From: an uncultured Holophagales bacterium
Lineage (GTDB): Bacteria; Acidobacteriota; Thermoanaerobaculia; Multivoradales; UBA5704
Direction of reading: 5' to 3'
Assembly (NCBI GenBank): GCA_963842525.1
Contig: CAWJGT010000001.1
Span: forward strand, 576,001 to 640,000
DNA: 64,000 nt
The position numbers and the translations under genes are program-made. Under the pieces are notes generated by a model, which had not been told where the DNA came from, did no database searches, and saw only the letters and a program-made list of their open reading frames with translations. Below, in pieces: positions 61,802 to 64,000 of the stretch (positions are counted from its first letter, which is position 1; each line of letters starts with the position of its first letter).

Positions 61802-62831
61802 CTTCTACCGCCCTTGTCGATGAAACCTGTTCCACGCCTTTCACCCAGGGCAACACCCGCCGGAGTGTCCGCTCCAAGCCCTCCTTCAGGGTCAGGCTCA
61901 CGCTGGGACACGCCAAGCAGGCTCCGCGTAGGCGGACGCGAACAACACCCTCTTCGGCAGAGACGAGCTCGACACCACCGCCATCCGCCTCCATGGCGGG
62001 ACGCAGGGTTTCCAGAACCCTCTCCACTTGGTCGGCGGCGGAACTATCCTCCAAGGTTGCAGTCTCGGCGATGGGGCGGACGCAGCGGAAGCCGACGTTC
62101 GGCGCCGTGGCGTGCGGATCTAGAGCACCTCGGTTCGCCGTGCGCAGCCGGAAGGGCTGGATGACATTCCAGGCTCCTCCGCGGCGGGCCCGATGAGTTC
62201 CAGCGCTTTCGACTGGACTCATCGAGGGATCGACGGAGTAGGCATCCGGCTGGTACCAGTTCTCGCACCACTGCCAGACGTTGCCAACCAGGTCATAGAG
62301 GCCGAAGTCGTTCGTAGGGAATGCGCGCACTGGCGTCGTGGGTGGAATTTCCGCCGGTTGGCGAGCGAAATTGCACTGCGTTCCATCCGGCTCCTCGGAA
62401 CCCCACGGGTAAGCCTGCTGCTCGCGACCCGCCCTTGCCCCCCGCTCCCATTGGGCTTCCGTCGGTAGGCACTTGCCGGCCCAGCGGGCATAGGCGGATG
62501 CATCCTCCCAACTGACGAGAAGGACTGGATGTTCCAACCTATCGGGCGTTGCATAGCTGCGCCATGACAGGCCAGCGATAGCCCGATAGCGGCCAGCGCG
62601 ATATCCCCACGCCGCCCCTGCACGCTCTGCCTCCGTGACATGATTGGTGGCCTTCACGAATTCGCCAAACTGACAGTTTGTAACGAGGGTCTCGTCCATC
62701 CAGTAGGCATCCAAGTAGACTTCGTGAACCGGCCGCTCGAACTCCCCCCCTGCCTCACTACCCATGAGGAAAGCTCCAGCAGGAACTAAGACCATCCCGG
62801 ACAAATCGGAAGCTGCTTCAATTTTTGCCAT
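61785..62831 (-). CDS. FGE-sulfatase (SUMF1/EgtB/PvdO fold) domain fused to a NifU-C domain
   Basis: FLMGS, LPTEAQWE, YPWG, GLYDLVGNVWQW, GFRCV; then LRP...DGG.VEL...GACLACP. RBS GAAGGAG. Confidence 0.88.
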   Translation of the reverse strand: MAKIEAASDLSGMVLVPAGAFLMGSEAGGEFERPVHEVYLDAYWMDETLVTNCQFGEFVKATNHVTEAERAGAAWGYRAGRYRAIAGLSWRSYATPDRLEHPVLLVSWEDASAYARWAGKCLPTEAQWERGARAGREQQAYPWGSEEPDGTQCNFARQPAEIPPTTPVRAFPTNDFGLYDLVGNVWQWCENWYQPDAYSVDPSMSPVESAGTHRARRGGAWNVIQPFRLRTANRGALDPHATAPNVGFRCVRPIAETATLEDSSAADQVERVLETLRPAMEADGGGVELVSAEEGVVRVRLRGACLACPSVSLTLKEGLERTLRRVLPWVKGVEQVSSTRAVEDDNAT

Positions 62832-63422
62832 ATATTCTCCTTCAGCCCAAGAAATGCCCATGGAGTCCATGCGCACATCTCTATAGGTAGGAACGTAGAT
62901 GCTCTGTGCGTAGTACCGCCACACTATCTTAAAATTTCTTAGTATGCAAGGAGCGGCCGAGACGCCTGTAGATTAGGCGCCAGTCGTCCTTTCAAGCGTT
63001 TCCTTAACATAGATCCTTACAGCCTGAAAACTTCCAGATCCTTCCTCCTCGTCCCTGCTCGAAGCCCCTCCCGAGGCCATTCCGGCCCCGCGTACTCCTA
63101 AGACAGATCGCCACCTGTTATCTGTGGACACGCGTACGCGCAGTTTGTTTAGGCTCGGGCGGCCTCGGCCTCGGGAATAGGAGTCCTCGATCGCAGGCTC
63201 TTGAGGCGACCGCGTCGCTGGACCTCGCCCTGCTGGCGAGTTTTTGCGCGACGGAAAGGCTTGGGACTTTAGGGCAGGCTTCCCCCTGCCGGCAGGTCAA
63301 GGGGGAGGTCCAGGTCAGCGCACCGGCAAGCCTCCTCCCCCTTGTGGCACCTTTTCAGAAGAGGCGGCTCTCTCCCGGCCGCGGCGGCCGCCGAGGCGCA
63401 GCCGCCTGAAAAGGAGCCTCCT

Positions 63423-63717
63423 ATGACCCGTTTTCCGGCGCGCCGTCTTGCCTTCGTCGTCTTGGTCCTTGTCCTCCTGCTCGCCCCTGGGGTGGGCCGC
63501 GCCTGGCCTCTTGGCCCGGAGGGTCCGGCGGCGGCTGGACAGGCCGGAGAAGCTCGGTTTCTCCTCCTGGATCGGCAGCCTTGTCTCGTTCCTCTGGGAC
63601 AGCATCACCGACGATGACGGTGCCGGGGTGAACGCGACGGCGACCGATCTGGGGCCTGAGATGTATCCGGACGGGGTAACGGCCGATCTGGGACCCGACA
63701 TGGACCCCAACGGCTAG
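63423..63717 (+). CDS. Small secreted peptide with repeated C-terminal DLGPxMxPxG motif, one frameshift
   Basis: RBS AAGGAG, signal peptide MTRFPARRLAFVVLV...GRA; ends DLGPEMYPDG VTA DLGPDMDPNG. Confidence 0.65.
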
Positions 63718-63835
63718 CCTTGCCTGAGCCGGTGGCGATCATGGAAGATTGTCGCCGGCGATTCTCCTTTCCAGTGTCACAGAATCCCGCCCTGCGGCAA
63801 CTTACTATGGAGAAGGACGTCTTCGGAGGAGAACC

Positions 63836-64000
63836 ATGGCCGACCTCCACATCACGCGGGATCTCCTACGCGTTGTCTCCCGAGGAGAGATTCCACCTCG
63901 GCTGCTGACCCAGCTTGGCGTGCAGCACCTGATGACCCTCTGCCCGCACTGCCGGGCGGAGATCCTGGCTTGGCAGCGAGAGCGCGAGGCCGGTCCTCCG
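63836..64000 (+). CDS. Protein with an N-terminal H-x3-C-x2-C-like zinc finger, partial
   Basis: RBS GGAGGAG; MADLHIT...QHLMTLCPHC; runs off the window. Confidence 0.65.
   Translation, partial: MADLHITRDLLRVVSRGEIPPRLLTQLGVQHLMTLCPHCRAEILAWQREREAGPP

Overview
GC-rich bacterial DNA. The gene families and repeat types suggest Acidobacteriota, probably Thermoanaerobaculia (inference). Many single-base indels, densest at about 34.9-49.6 kb and 53.5-59.2 kb, look like long-read consensus errors. Layout: (1) 1-15.8 kb, a Mu-like virion morphogenesis cluster (terminases, portal, protease/scaffold, capsid, neck, non-contractile tail) head-to-head with a tyrosine recombinase. It has no visible repressor, transposase or replication genes and carries host palindromic repeats. 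(2) 15.8-21.9 kb, an NTPase-TPR gene, a Cys-rich secreted peptide, two Xer-like palindromes and non-coding tandem repeats. (3) 22-28 kb, host signalling genes, an orphan lanthipeptide-like precursor and vapBC. (4) 28-41 kb, an ABC/RND export operon including an RND-ABC ATPase fusion. (5) 41-50 kb, an IS1 relic, a NYN gene with a structured leader, DUF1800/DUF1501, a phosphatase and a SNF2 helicase. (6) 49.9-51 kb, a small self-contained gene followed by a 21/42/84-bp periodic array bounded by inverted repeats. (7) 51-53.4 kb, TA and Rpn genes. (8) 53.5-63 kb, a lower-GC island with a TIR-LysR fusion, ABC importer, histidine kinase, three receivers, K+ channel and an FGE-NifU fusion. (9) A DPxG peptide gene and a partial zinc-finger gene. 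No tRNA, rRNA or CRISPR-cas was seen.
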